DNA of 64,000 nucleotides, taken from NCBI GenBank assembly GCA_002633005.1, contig NMRA01000184.1, forward strand, positions 189,255 through 253,254, read 5' to 3'. Both the position numbers and the translations under genes were made by a program. Source of the DNA: Phoronis australis. Lineage: Eukaryota; Animalia; Phoronida. Below are positions 26,682-38,725 of this stretch, piece after piece. Each line of letters begins with the position of its first letter. Position 1 is the stretch's first letter. The notes under the pieces were generated by a model. The model was not told where the DNA came from. It saw only the letters and a list, made by a program, of their open reading frames with translations, and made no database searches.

Positions 26682-26825
26682 ATTGTAGGTCATCCAACTC
26701 TCTAAAAGAAGTATTGAAACGGTGTCATGGGAGGCGACATTGTAATGTTCATGCAAGTCCTAAAGTATTTGGTTCACCGTGTGAGCCAGAAACAATGCAG
26801 TACCTTAAAGTTATATACTCATGTG
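26682..26825 (+). CDS. EVA1C: EVA1C-like exon: C-terminal half of SUEL domain 2 (DCRSSNSLKEVLKRCHGRRHC...FGSPC...YLKVIYSC)
   Basis: Long pyrimidine tract ending tttcag, g|gtaagt donor; 144 nt, phase 1-1. The ORF track shows a different frame here. Confidence 0.92.
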
Positions 26826-27090
26826 GTAAGTAAACATAGATATGGTAACTGCTGTGATTGTACCACTATAGTAATGCAGACGTTCTTGACTATTACTGTG
26901 GTATACCCTGTTCATTAGTTTGAGGGATGACCACCAGAGGTCCCGGGGGAGACTTCCGGTTTGTCACGTTTTTAGTTTAAGCTGAAATATACTAATTTCT
27001 CAGTTATTTGTGGTCAATACATTGCAATTACAGTATTTGTCTAACTTGGTAACAAGGTATGTTAGTTACCCTTATGTGAAGGAAAAGATA

Positions 27091-28032
27091 TACCGTAATC
27101 GTTCGGGTTAACGCCCTGGGCGGTTAAATTGGCGAACCCAAAAAATCGGGGGTGGGCGGTTAACCAGACATGGGCGCTTAAACGTGAAATTTCAAGAAAT
27201 CGGGGGGGGGGCGGTTANNNNNNNNNNNNNNNNNNNNNNNNNNNNNNNNNNNNNNNNNNNNNNNNNNNNNNNNNNNNNNNNNNNNNNNNNNNNNNNNNNN
27301 NNNNNNNNNNNNNNNNNNNNNNNNNNNNNNNNNNNNNNNNNNNNNNNNNNNNNNNNNNNNNNNNNNNNNNNNNNNNNNNNNNNNNNNNNNNNNNNNNNNN
27401 NNNNNNNNNNNNNNNNNNNNNNNNNNNNNNNNNNNNNNNNNNNNNNNNNNNNNNNNNNNNNNNNNNNNNNNNNNNNNNNNNNNNNNNNNNNNNNNNNNNN
27501 NNNNNNNNNNNNNNNNNNNNNNNNNNNNNNNNNNNNNNNNNNNNNNNNNNNNNNNNNNNNNNNNNNNNNNNNNNNNNNNNNNNNNNNNNNNNNNNNNNNN
27601 NNNNNNNNNNNNNNNNNNNNNNNNNNNNNNNNNNNNNNNNNNNNNNNNNNNNNNNNNNNNNNNNNNNNNNNNNNNNNNNNNNNNNNNNNNNNNNNNNNNN
27701 NNNNNNNNNNNNNNNNNNNNNNNNNNNNNNNNNNNNNNNNNNNNNNNNNNNNNNNNNNNNNGCGGTCTCTGAGGCCGTCGTTGCACTCAATGTTATCATC
27801 GATCTTAATCTAAAAGGTCGGGGATTCGTGTTTCCTATTAGCACAGGGCGGTAATCACCAATCGTCAAAAGTAGGGGATGGGCGCTTAACCGAGAGGTGG
27901 GCGCTTAATTGGAAATCTTCAAAAATAGCAGGGGGGCGGTTAACCGAGCAGTGGGCGGTTAAATCGAAAATCCACCTAAAGTAGGGGTGGGTGGTTAACT
28001 GAGCATGGGCGTTAACCCGAACGATTACGGTA
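27091..28032. mobile_element. Young Tc1/mariner (pogo/Tigger-like) element with TA TSD, spanning an assembly gap
   Basis: Perfect 26-bp inverted ends including TA (taccgtaatcgttcgggttaacgccc at 27091-27116 and its reverse complement at 28007-28032); repeated GGGCG(G/C)TTAA subterminal motifs. Confidence 0.9.
27218..27761. other. Assembly gap (544 N)
   Basis: Run of N. Confidence 0.99.
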
Positions 28033-29532
28033 AGTATAATCTGGTCAAATTTCTGATGTATTTAATCAGGTGACTTTACTAAGGAAGAGAACACATGACA
28101 GTTATTTTAATTGAACTTAGTGTGCTGTCTTCTCATTGACTGTTTGAGAATGATAAAAAAGAACATCACAAACAGTGACCTTGGATCCACGCCATTCAAT
28201 GGACACCTGTCTGTATGTCTGTAGATGCTACTTCAAAATAACGTTTTTTGCAAAGTTACAATGTAGATTATACTTTTCTTGATTATGCATACAACTCGAG
28301 TTAGAATTGCGGTGTTGTCAAGTTAAACAAGTTATTGTTCTCACTACGTCCTCGTTGAAAATGAAATTAGAGCAAGAAATGTTAATGTTGGTTAATGAAC
28401 AGAAATTGATATTTGAGCTGTTTCGCTAGTAAACCCGCCTTCCGTCAAAGAAATTATAACTTTTCATGTACCCCAGTTATCATGATAAAACTGACCTCAG
28501 TTGGTTCCTTACTCAGATGAGAAATGATTTCTGGGCTTGGAACCAGGCAAGTCATTGTTGCTTGGGATCATGGTTGCTATCTCGGCACTTAAAGCACCTC
28601 ATCAGGAAAAGCTAACTTATTGAGCTTGGTCTGTCAGTTCCTAACCCTTGAAATCAGTTCCAGTGTAGCCTACATGTTGGAATTAGTTGAAACCAGTTTT
28701 ATAATCAGAAGGGGTCGAAATCAAAAATTTTTTGACTGAAGACTAGTTTAAAGCAACTTTAAAGGTTGTAAAACATTTCACAGATCTTTTTAACATTTAC
28801 TGTTACTTAATCTAACCAGTTGATATTTAGCAATATAATGTCACATGTATTCACGTACATGCAGTGTGTGACTTGTGCATGTCTGAACCCAGGCATCGTG
28901 AGAAGCTATTTTTCACAAAGCAAAGGATTGTTTCTGAGATTTTAGTCTGAGGCTTACATGATAAAACGACATTTTATCATCACTAAAAAGCTTTGAGGAA
29001 GTGATTAAAAAGAATGTTATATTGAGGATGGCATGTTTTTCTTTTTGAATTGTCAATCGACAACTTGTGTTTCAGGATACAGGCAACCAGCTTCCTTAAT
29101 TAATTACTTCAAATATTTCATACAGAATACACTTGTAGTGATCGAAACCAAAACTTACAATTACTAATGCAATTATCTATTGTGTTTTATCATCACAAAG
29201 CGAGATATTCTTAAAATTATCTTGCTGTAAAAACAACTGTGTAAGTAGCGGTGCTATGCTGGTGTACTTGGCACAGAATTATCGTATTGAACTCAGGGAG
29301 TAGATGTTACGGGTATGGTAAGGATAGTGAGAGAAAAGTACATTTTTATTAATTTTGTCAACAAAAGTGTAGAATAGCATGCTGTTGTAACCTTTTGAGT
29401 TTTGCTGTAATTTGACCTTTGGAAAACGAAACTTAAATGATGTTTATCAATTTTACTGTATTGTTTCATAATTGGCAATATCCTTTGTGCTATCATCAAA
29501 ATTTTAAAAGTATTATTTTCTTGACTTTGCAG

Positions 29533-29763
29533 TGCCAAAACAGATATTAAAAGAGTTGAAAAGGCAAAGGAATGGTAAGAATAACATTCAGAATGAAGAT
29601 ACACGCTATAGTGAGTACCGGCCGAACAGACTGGGTAATATTGAACGGCCGGGTACTGATGGTGCTCCGAGGTATGACCCCAAGGTGTCAACATATCTCT
29701 ACGAGAACTTCTTAACAGTAGCCACACAGTCACCTACTGTCAGGGAAGCTCCCACTAAACCAG
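29533..29763 (+). CDS. EVA1C: EVA1C-like exon: VPKQIL start and extracellular stalk
   Basis: ttgcag acceptor and g|gtgagt donor; 231 nt, phase 1-1; the C-VPK.IL junction matches the family pattern after SUEL2. Confidence 0.88.
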
Positions 29764-31139
29764 GTGAGTGGTACGAGGGGTGAGGGCAATCAAAACATAC
29801 CATGGTGTTTCATGGCTTCCGTGAGGTTGGGTATTCGCTATTCAGTACTGATACTCTTTGATACCAATTTCAAATGCTGTTGCCTTATGAAACTCATAAG
29901 TCAAAACTTCTTTGTTTCATTAAGCTGTGCCAATTGTACAAGAAGGCTGCATAAAAGTTAAGCTCAGTTGTATACTGCTAGCCAGGTGGCTGCTCTTACC
30001 AAGCAGTTGGTAATTCTTACAATTTCTACACCTCTGAACTCGAAACTACAGGAGGTCTTAAAATTTTAAGACATTTTTTAAATATGAAAAACTCGAAAAG
30101 ATCTATGTGTTTAAAGGCCTCTTGCTGACCGCATTGGCAATGTGGGGTAGTTACCAAATCACATGAGTTTGAAAAAACATTCTTCAAATGGATGCGTCCG
30201 GCACGTGAACACTTATTTGCTCTAATTGCCATAGTAACCATTTCATTATTAAAGGTGAAGTAGGGCGATTCGGGATTTTTTTTGGTATGTCCATAGGTTA
30301 ACATGATTTTTAATTTTTTCATTTAAAACTTCAAGCTCACCTTGATCGTGGACACACGTGAATAAACTTCTCGTGCAGCTCGTTGTCGCGGAAACATTAA
30401 AACACCACTTCCGAACTGCCTTATTTCATATTTTGGAGATTTCCCTGACCCTTGTGCTCTACAGGCCTGATTCTACTCGATTAATGTTGATGGTTACACT
30501 TAGAAAGAGTCTGTAGAAAAAACACATTCAAATAACATCTGAAATTAAGGACAGCATTCGTAGAAAGATTGTAAGCACTCTAGTTGATGTGTAAGATAAT
30601 GTAATGGCAAAAGAGTTGGAATTTTCAGACACTAGGTGAGTAAAAACCCGCACACTTTGGCTGTGCTGTCAGGAGTCAGGGTATCTTCTAAAATGTGTTC
30701 CATTATTTTCAGACACCTTGTATAAGTGTCAATGTAAAAAAAATGCATGCCATTTCCTTATTTAAAGGAGGCCGACTTCTTTTCAATGACTTGAGAGTTT
30801 AGTTAGCTGCAGTTTTTGTGTTGTACTTGCTCTTACTTTACGAGTCACTTGTTAAGTATGATCAGCATAAGATTATTATGTTCACGTCACAATAAAATGA
30901 AAATGAAGTAAAAATTTGCATTTTCGTTCATGTTTTAAGTAGTTAAAAAACTTCGGAAAATGGTGGGATTTTACTATGGAAAAGTGCAGTAAAACAGTAT
31001 GTACAAGTGCACTGAGTGTAAAGTTGTCAAGTGTCCATGAGCTTATGCTGAAGAGTCAAGGATATTTTGATGGAGAATTGGGGTTAAGTACATGAGTCAC
31101 CCACCAAGTGGAGGTAATTCGACCGGCTCATTATTTCAG

Positions 31140-31307
31140 TTGGTGGTGATGAGAGAGAGCAGGAGGATTCAGTGAGAGTGAACAGTACTTCGGACAACAG
31201 CAACACAAACCATGCCGTGTTCTGTAACTACACAGTGGTGCCCCCTCAGCCAGAGAAAGAAATTGGCTTCATGGCTGATTGGGTCAGCTCCATTCACTTT
31301 TTACAAA
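31140..31307 (+). CDS. EVA1C: EVA1C-like exon: juxtamembrane stalk (VGGDEREQEDSVRVNSTS...IGFMADWVSSIHFLQ)
   Basis: tttcag acceptor and a|gtaagt donor; 168 nt, open, phase 1-1; N-glycosylation sequons NST and NYT. Confidence 0.85.
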
Positions 31308-33198
31308 GTAAGTCCCTTTTTGCCATGAATGCACGTTTGGGCCCTGTATGAGAATTCTGATACTCCTGCACTTGAATTGAGACACACGTGCTGATACTCT
31401 AAAGTGAAAGCATACCTGAAAAACACTGATGTCCCATAGTTCCGAAGCCGTTGCTATTGGACTGAGTTCAAATGGTGACTTTTAAGTGGTGGTTTACGTC
31501 AGTTGAGGGACACATACCCTGTCACTGTTATTTTTTTAAGGTTGTGTAGGACTTTATCTTCCACTCTGTGTGTTAAGTCACATATCTACTAAGTTATGGA
31601 TTTTAATTCAATAAAAGTATTTTTTGGAAGTCGAAAACCTATGGAATTTGATCTGTGAATTTATACCAAACTTCAATAATTGGGTCCTATGACCGTGTCC
31701 TTTTAATAAAGTTTAGCGAGAAAAAAAATGTACATTCATAGCAAAACAGTAGTTTCAATAAAATGACCAAATTTTGTTTGATTTAGATATCTGAGATGAA
31801 ATCTCAAAAATGCTGTTATACTTATCATTTTGTTTTCATTTTATACCATCGTCGATTAATTATCTTGAATGTCCTGTTTTTTCATAGACCCTCATGCCAA
31901 AGTGGAAACATTAAAAAAAATTCTAGGAACATTTCGGAAAACAGTGGATTAAGTAATAGTACATGCAATTGGTGTGAATCTGATCAGCCATCCACTTGGG
32001 CACTTTTCCAGGGTTCAGTAACAAAATCTTAACTACAGATGGATTACTTTTATTTTCAAAACCACCGACATCAATAATTATTTTATTCCTTTGCAGTTTC
32101 AATAATAATACCATTCTAATAGTGTCATATCAGTCCAAGATGTAACTGACCTTCAACAAATGGCAATTCACAGCCATAATTTTGTTGGTGTATGTCATTC
32201 TTTTATGGCATCTTTGAAATTTAATTGGCAGTGTTAACAGTCTGTTCTTTAATTTAAATTGGCAGCGTGTGAGGCAGTGTTTGCTAAAGTTGTATTTCAT
32301 GCAATCGAGCTAAAGTAGGCACGCACTTAGTTGATGGGTGCGTCACCTTTATCACAGTTTCGAGGAGTACAATGTAAGAAAAACAAAAACCATCTGTTTT
32401 ACTTCTCGGTTATTCTCGGTTTTCATCCCATTTTTACCCTGATGAAAGTATTGGCAGGCTCTGCTTCACTTTTCCAATCTACATGGGCATCATCCTCTGC
32501 TAGTGGAATAATTTCTAGACTGTTTCACTTACCCCAAGCCGGTAATTGAAATGGACCTGAAAATTTTGGAAGGTAGGTCCACTAGACCCCTGTGTTTAGA
32601 AATGTACGGTGAACACTGATGTTGTGTATTTTTATGTAGTTCCTAGCTAGCCTATAGTGTTGTGTTACGGATAATCTTCAGTTATTATGGACAAAATTAT
32701 TTTTTAGTTTTTCAAAACTGCATGATTTTTTGCCATTAATAGCAAATGTTTTGTTACACTCTAGGCGTACAAAGCAAGTCTTAATGAAGTATAATTTTCT
32801 TTAAATAAGTGTTATGACAAAGCAATACTCAACTTTTCCACTACAGTTCTCGATACTTAGCATAACGTCAACTTGGCAAATACAACCTGGCAAAGTTTCC
32901 AGGACACCGAATGGCAATTGAGGTTGGCAAAACAAGGAAACATCATAGGGCAGTTTTGAAAGTCTGTGGCGACTTCAGGGTCACATTGGATTTTTACCAA
33001 GTCGCCAAACAAAATCTGAGGTCGCATTCGCGACCTTCCCCTGCACTGTGCTACATAGGTCATGATATATCATTGTACTGTCTGGTAATGAAGCCACTTG
33101 GGTTCTATTCAAAGGTTAAACACGCCATATCAATTGATACATTGAATCCTCATTTTATGTACATCGACCAGGAAATATTTAACCTTATCTTTTTACAG

Positions 33199-33485
33199 AA
33201 AACCAAGAAAAGGCAATACTGTATCTAATAGTGGGAGGCTGTACAGGACTTATTTGTGTACTTTTCCTTGTCATTGGACGCCTCATTTACACCAGGAGGT
33301 CTAAGAGGAGTCAAAAATTGGATGTTTCCGAACACGTGGCGACAACCACGCCAGCTAGGACTGAAAATGGTGGCATGGACGCATCAGAGACGATTGACAT
33401 GCTTCAATTTAATACACATCCTGGTACTCTCCGTAGCATGAATACAATTGACAGGCGATTCAATACCAGTCTGTACAACAGCTGA
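33199..33485 (+). CDS. EVA1C: EVA1C-like last coding exon: transmembrane helix and cytoplasmic tail (KNQEKAILYLIVGGCTGLICVLFLVIGR...SLYNS*)
   Basis: ttttacag acceptor; the EKA.LY...G.C.GL TM pattern of the FAM176/EVA1 family is followed by basic residues; TGA at 33483-33485. Confidence 0.9.
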
Positions 33486-33949
33486 TGGGGTCAGTTGGCA
33501 GGAGTCACAGATGACATGTTCTACTGGAGGTAACACACATACATCATACACAACAGTAAATTGAAACACTGACTAGGGAGACTGGAGAAAATGGTGGAAA
33601 TTTAGTGCTTGACCTAGACTGGTGCCATATCTGATTGGGTATAGAGGTCACAGGAAGCATGGCTCTAGAGTGTTGGTACCTGAGAACAGTCTTCAGAAAC
33701 GAATCTTAGTGAGGAGTTCCTGGGGTCAGATGAATTTTCCTAAAGAAGTACTGACCAGGAACTTTTAACTCTACTGATGTGGAGTAGTCAGAATTTGATT
33801 TAGAAGTGAGTTACTGAGCAAAATGGTCAATTCCTCTTGGTGACATTCTAGTCCTTAAATGAATGAAATAACGTACTCTTACAAATTGTGTGAGAGATGA
33901 GGTTTTTCTTGCCAAAATTAAACAGTGAATCCTAATTAACCATTTTTTA

Positions 33950-34141
33950 CATTTTAAGGTATTCCAAAAATGACTGCAACTGATTGGTCATGGATTCAAT
34001 CCCCTGACTTCTGCAGTCACTAAGTTGTTGTCTTGAACAATGCACATAACCTGCTTTGCTCCAGTGACTCAGGTGTACAAATGAGTACCAGCCATTCCTG
34101 GGAAGTAAATTGTGATGGGTTAGTGTCTCCTCCAGAGGGAG
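33950..34141 (+). mobile_element. tRNA-derived SINE relic in the EVA1C 3' UTR
   Basis: B-box-like ggattcaatccc followed by gtcttgaacaatgcac, caggtgtacaaatgagtacc and gtgatgggttagtgtctcctccagaggga, resembling conserved central domains of aquatic-invertebrate SINE2 families (from memory, not searched). Confidence 0.6.
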
Positions 34142-36341
34142 CTAGCAGCTGGCAAAACGAACCTGAAGACTTGTGAAGGATATACCAATAATGGTTGCGT
34201 TTTCACTAATTGAGTTGTTAGTTAGTGTTTTTGTTTGTGGTTAACTTTCCAACTGTGGGGAGCTTGATGCAAGTCAAACCTGTAATCTTGTTGTACGAAA
34301 GACAACTTGAATTGTATGCCATATATCTGTTCCTGTGACTTGGAGGATTTGAGGTCGACTTTCTACTAATGTGCAGTTTTGAATCTGTCTTGTCTAGTAG
34401 TTACAATCTTAGATTTTGGTAGCCCTTGAATACAGCAATGCCAAAATTCGGATAGTTACCTGTGTTATAATGTAATGCCACATCTCCATATTTTAATCGA
34501 GAAATGCAAAAGTCGGCTTGGTCTAGCCGCAAACAGGTACTTGAAGTTCAACTGTTGTGTTATATATGTCAAAGTCTTGGGTAAGCATATCTCAATACAT
34601 AATTACTACAGTCAATGTCTTGTCTTGTCTCTGCTGTTATTGTATTCAATGTATTTGTGATATGTATTTATTTGATAATGAAAGCTGTACTTAATTCTTA
34701 AATACAAAGATTAAATGTGAAGTGTTGTATACTCGTATTATGTATTTAACAGATTTTTGTTACTATGTTAAATGATCTGAACAGCTGCAATGTATTTATT
34801 ATTGTCCATTGTCAGTGTTGAAAATATTTATCGTTATAAAGACACCTATTATTGTATTGCGTGTCCACCGTTGGCGCTTACTTCTCATTACAAAAGTTTT
34901 GTTTTGCAAAGCATTATACATTGAATGGTCATAGAAGCATAACAGTTCATGTTTCATCTTCATTCTGGGGACTTTTACTTATGTTTAAATGGAAGAACTT
35001 CTTGGGTGAATGATAATACATTTTCCCCTCAAGTAAGCACGTGCTGCACTCTCCTGGTGGCTCTTAAAAACTTCATAGGTTAGACTTTTTACTACTTCAC
35101 ATTTTATGATCATGTGTTTAACAGCCAAAACCAAACATCTCTTTAGTCGTTAAGTTATGGTGTAGTAATTTCCTGTAAATGCACCGCTAAGTTATGTTAA
35201 CGTAACAATCTCGTTAAGGTAACTAGTGTGATAGTGCACTTCTCTTGTAATGCATCTTGTGAAGTCTAGTGTTATCTTGTGTTTTCGCGAGGTTTTCACG
35301 TCTACAGAACCTGGGCCACATCAAGGAATTGCATTGGTGAACATGGCACGACCATTCTCACCCATGACGTTGAATATGCTGGATTCAAACTGTCAAGATG
35401 ATATTGCGTCAGATTACCCAAATTTATTTTGTACTTTAGAGTCCTTAGTTGGAAAATGAAGAGTTGTGTCTTGTATCAAGATTAATTGAGCAACCAGTTG
35501 CCTGGTATTAAAACCATCCTTGTGATTTGTATTTGTGCTACAGAAGTAAGCGGGGATTACAATACCCGAACAGCAGTAATAGACCCTCTCCGCACTTTTT
35601 TAAACCATTCATTATTCACAATTCCACTACTAGGCTTCGTGTATAAAAATGAAGTTGTCGCCCTATAGTCACCAGAAAAGCAAACGAGCAGTTGTCATTG
35701 GTTGCCTTTGTTTTGTGAAAGTATTTCATTTGGAGGTTGTCGATGATGTGCAATTTAACAAGAGCAAGTTTCTTGACCCATGATTGTGGAATGATAACGA
35801 AGTGTTAATTATGCTAGTTTACCCCTAAACTTGTGACTATGATGGGTGTCATGAATGAATCGCAATCAATGTTCAACTACATGTTTTAAGAATTCTTAAA
35901 ATTGCACTTTCCAGTTATGAACATGACCTATTAAGAAACATCACTGAAAGAGGAACTGTCATAAATTGCAGTCCAGCATGATGCATTTGCATTTTACGGG
36001 CAATACATAAAAAGTGAGGTTCAATGCCGTTCAACTGTGGAAGCCATTTTGTAGCATCTAGATGGGGAAATATTTTCGTACTTTTTTGTAGGAGATTGAA
36101 GTTGAAACTTGTCTTGGTGCAATTTTATTCAGACCAAAGTCTTCCAATATTGTAGAAGCCTTGCCATTATGGCTGCTTCAGAATATCATTAAGTAGTGTT
36201 GAACATATCAACCTGTGTTAGATTTTGTGGCTCTTGTACTACATATGTATTATTTAATACGGATAATGTTTGTAAAATGTTCATTATATTATGTAAATAT
36301 ATAGAGAATAATTTATATTGTACGCAAGTATGGTTATTACA

Positions 36342-36347
36342 AATAAA
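36342..36347 (+). terminator. Candidate poly(A) signal of EVA1C-like gene (3' UTR about 2.9 kb)
   Basis: AATAAA preceded by a TGTA/AT-rich tract and followed by a T/GT-rich tract. Confidence 0.5.
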
Positions 36348-36365
36348 ACCATTTTTGTATACCAC

Positions 36366-36371
36366 TTTATT
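36366..36371 (-). terminator. Candidate poly(A) signal of CFAP298
   Basis: TTTATT on + (AATAAA on -). Alternatives lie at 37120-37125 and 37324-37329. Confidence 0.35.
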
Positions 36372-37256
36372 TTGAATGTTTTTGATATGACAGTGTTACA
36401 GATATTTACAACCAGTAATTAATTTAGTGTAAGAAGTGAGATCAATGGGCATACTCAGTGTTATCAAACAAATCCCCTCTTCTCAACACTACAATAGATG
36501 GCCTTGCCTACAATGAGAATGTACTCATACTAACAAACGGTCGCTTGCCTTATTCACTTTACTGAATTCTTGTTTAAAACCCAGTAACATTCTTTTTTGG
36601 AACCAAAAGTCGAGTCCAAATGCACACTGGCATTTCGGTACTGAGGCAGGCATGTATTTGGCAGAAATCTCTCGATATTCAGTCCCGAAGAGAAATAAAC
36701 AATGTCCAGTTGCGTATGGTATCACACCCAACGATGGCATTACAGGTCATGCTCCTTCCTATACTGGAAGACTACACCTGACGTCTTACAACAATGAAAT
36801 AGTTGAGTGAAATACGTTTGACTGAAGTTCAATGCAACTCGTCCCAAAATTACATTAGGTATATCATTGAGACCGGAGAAAGGTATCAATATTTGAAATT
36901 TGGACTCGAGCTCATACTGACTACACACATTTCGTCCATACTGACCCACTCTAAAAGTGACAAACAAATGAGGAATCTGTGAAACGGCAAGTTTACTTAC
37001 GGTCGTTCTTCATTTACATAACACACAGTCAGCCAAATTTCACTTCAAAAGTAAAGATAATAAGTCTATTGTCAGCACCATTTTGCAGATATCATAAAAC
37101 AACGTTTTGTATAATTTTCTTTATTCGAAGCAAAGGTAATCAGCCTTCGTAAAATGTAATAAGCCATTTTGACAATTATTTTTGTGTGAAATAAGTGGAA
37201 AATTACTGTACCAAGCCCACTGGTATGGTCAATTCAGAGAGCACCCTAATTTCAAT

Positions 37257-38340
37257 ACAAGAGCAACGCAGAGCGTTGAAATGCGCCCACAATTGCACCG
37301 CATACGGTATCCCTCTAGGGTTGTTTATTGGTACCATAAAGAGGCCAGTAGAGGGCATTTATGTAGTATGTTGTACTTTGCAAAATGGAAAGGCATGGTC
37401 CTTGTCTCCTCAATAGGCTAGGGGCAAAATGTGAGTAATCTTCATAATACAAGCACATCCTATACACCAGTTGCTTAAAGCACCACAGAAACATAGAATT
37501 AAAAACAAATTTACCAACATACGAGATTAGCACAGCATTAGAATGCCAGAAACAAATTTCTACTTGGAACTTTTCCTTCATAGTCACGAAGTAACACAAA
37601 GTACACACCTGAAGAAAATACAGAGGTCAATGTAAAATACTAAAATTGCCACTAGAGGCAAATACTAAAATTGGCACTAGAGGCATACCGGTAATCAGAA
37701 TCATCCTAAAGTCGTCATCGTCCGTTGTCAACATCACATAAATACACTTGCTAAATTTAGTAAAGATCCTGCAAACGGTTTGGGAGATACAGCCATGGGC
37801 GCAAAAAAACAAAACTGCCACTAGGAGGCGCCACAGTAGTCCAAATCGTCTGAAAATCATTGTCAGCTGTCTTCCTTATAGTAAGCACATACACGCCAAT
37901 TTTCACAATCATCCTTTGAGCGGTTTGGTTGATAGAGGGGTGGACGCAAAAATACAGACTCGAAAACAGTAAAAATGGCCACTAGGTGGCGCAAACTACG
38001 TCGAATCCATCTGAAAACAGTAGGATAGCGTCATCTCACTAATAGGTGCCTACATACCAAATTTCATGAAAATCCGTTCAGGACTTTTGAAGATACAAAG
38101 GTAAGCGTAAAAAAATAAAATTGCCACTAGGGGGCACACCGGTAGTCGGATCCGTCCGAAAGTTCGCACATGCCGTCCCATTTATGAATGGAACATATGT
38201 GCCAAATTTCATGAACGTATGTCAAAGGGTTTTGGAGATAGAGCAGCGGACGCCGGATGCCAGACGCCGGACGGACGCCGCCCGGACGGACGGACGGACA
38301 GAGATGACAGCATAATGCGTCCACATATGTGGGCGCATAA
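37257..38340. mobile_element. Non-autonomous Helentron/Helitron-type element (HINE/DINE-1-like) with internal 145-170-bp tandem units
   Basis: Left end acaagag-caacgc.aga.gcgttg-aa-atgcgcccac; right end (GGAC)n microsatellite then hairpin atgcgtccacat|atgtgggcgcat at 38315-38338, whose arm matches 37281-37290; internal units share gccactag..ggc and aaatttcatgaa. Confidence 0.8.
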
Positions 38341-38725
38341 TAAGCAATCTAGTCTTCTCATTGGATGATTAAGTGCATTGCAAATGAGTGGTACTTATTA
38401 CTGACCAATGGAAGGAGCCCTTTGCAAATGAGTGGCACTGAACAAAGGTTGGTGCACTAAACAAATGGAGAAGTGCTAATATCGCGATATGAAGACTGCC
38501 ATCCTCCAAGTTGATAGAGTTTAGTTTTAGTCATGCAACTGATTATACAATTCACCAAATTGACATTTGACAAAAATGTTCCAACTACAATGACACTTCA
38601 AAATGGTTAAGAGTTGAATTTTGAAATGAGATGAAATCTGTACACATGAACTGCTGATGAAAAGCTACTGAGCTCCAAAGTTACAGAGATGCCACTATTG
38701 ACATGAAAACGCCATTAGCATAGCC

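Larger units (their letters stand above)
5867..33485 (+). other. EVA1C: Gene model (5'-partial): protein eva-1 homolog C, a type I membrane protein with two SUEL/rhamnose-binding lectin domains
   Basis: join(5867-5990,22408-22554,26682-26825,29533-29763,31140-31307,33199-33485) is 1101 nt, giving 366 aa plus stop. All introns are GT-AG with compatible phases. The SUEL motifs FGxDPC..KYL..YKC and FGSPC..YL..YSC, a stalk and a TM segment occur in EVA1C order. Signal peptide and first half of SUEL1 were not found in 1-5866. Confidence 0.9.

Noticed and set aside
27129-27868. Four ORFs of 200-240 aa in the ORF track
   Set aside because: Artefacts of translating through the N gap.
33483-33533. 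Possible stop-codon readthrough of EVA1C (TGA then WGQLAGVTDDMFYWR*)
   Set aside because: The context TGA-TGG is not a known readthrough motif, and 15 open codons is expected by chance.
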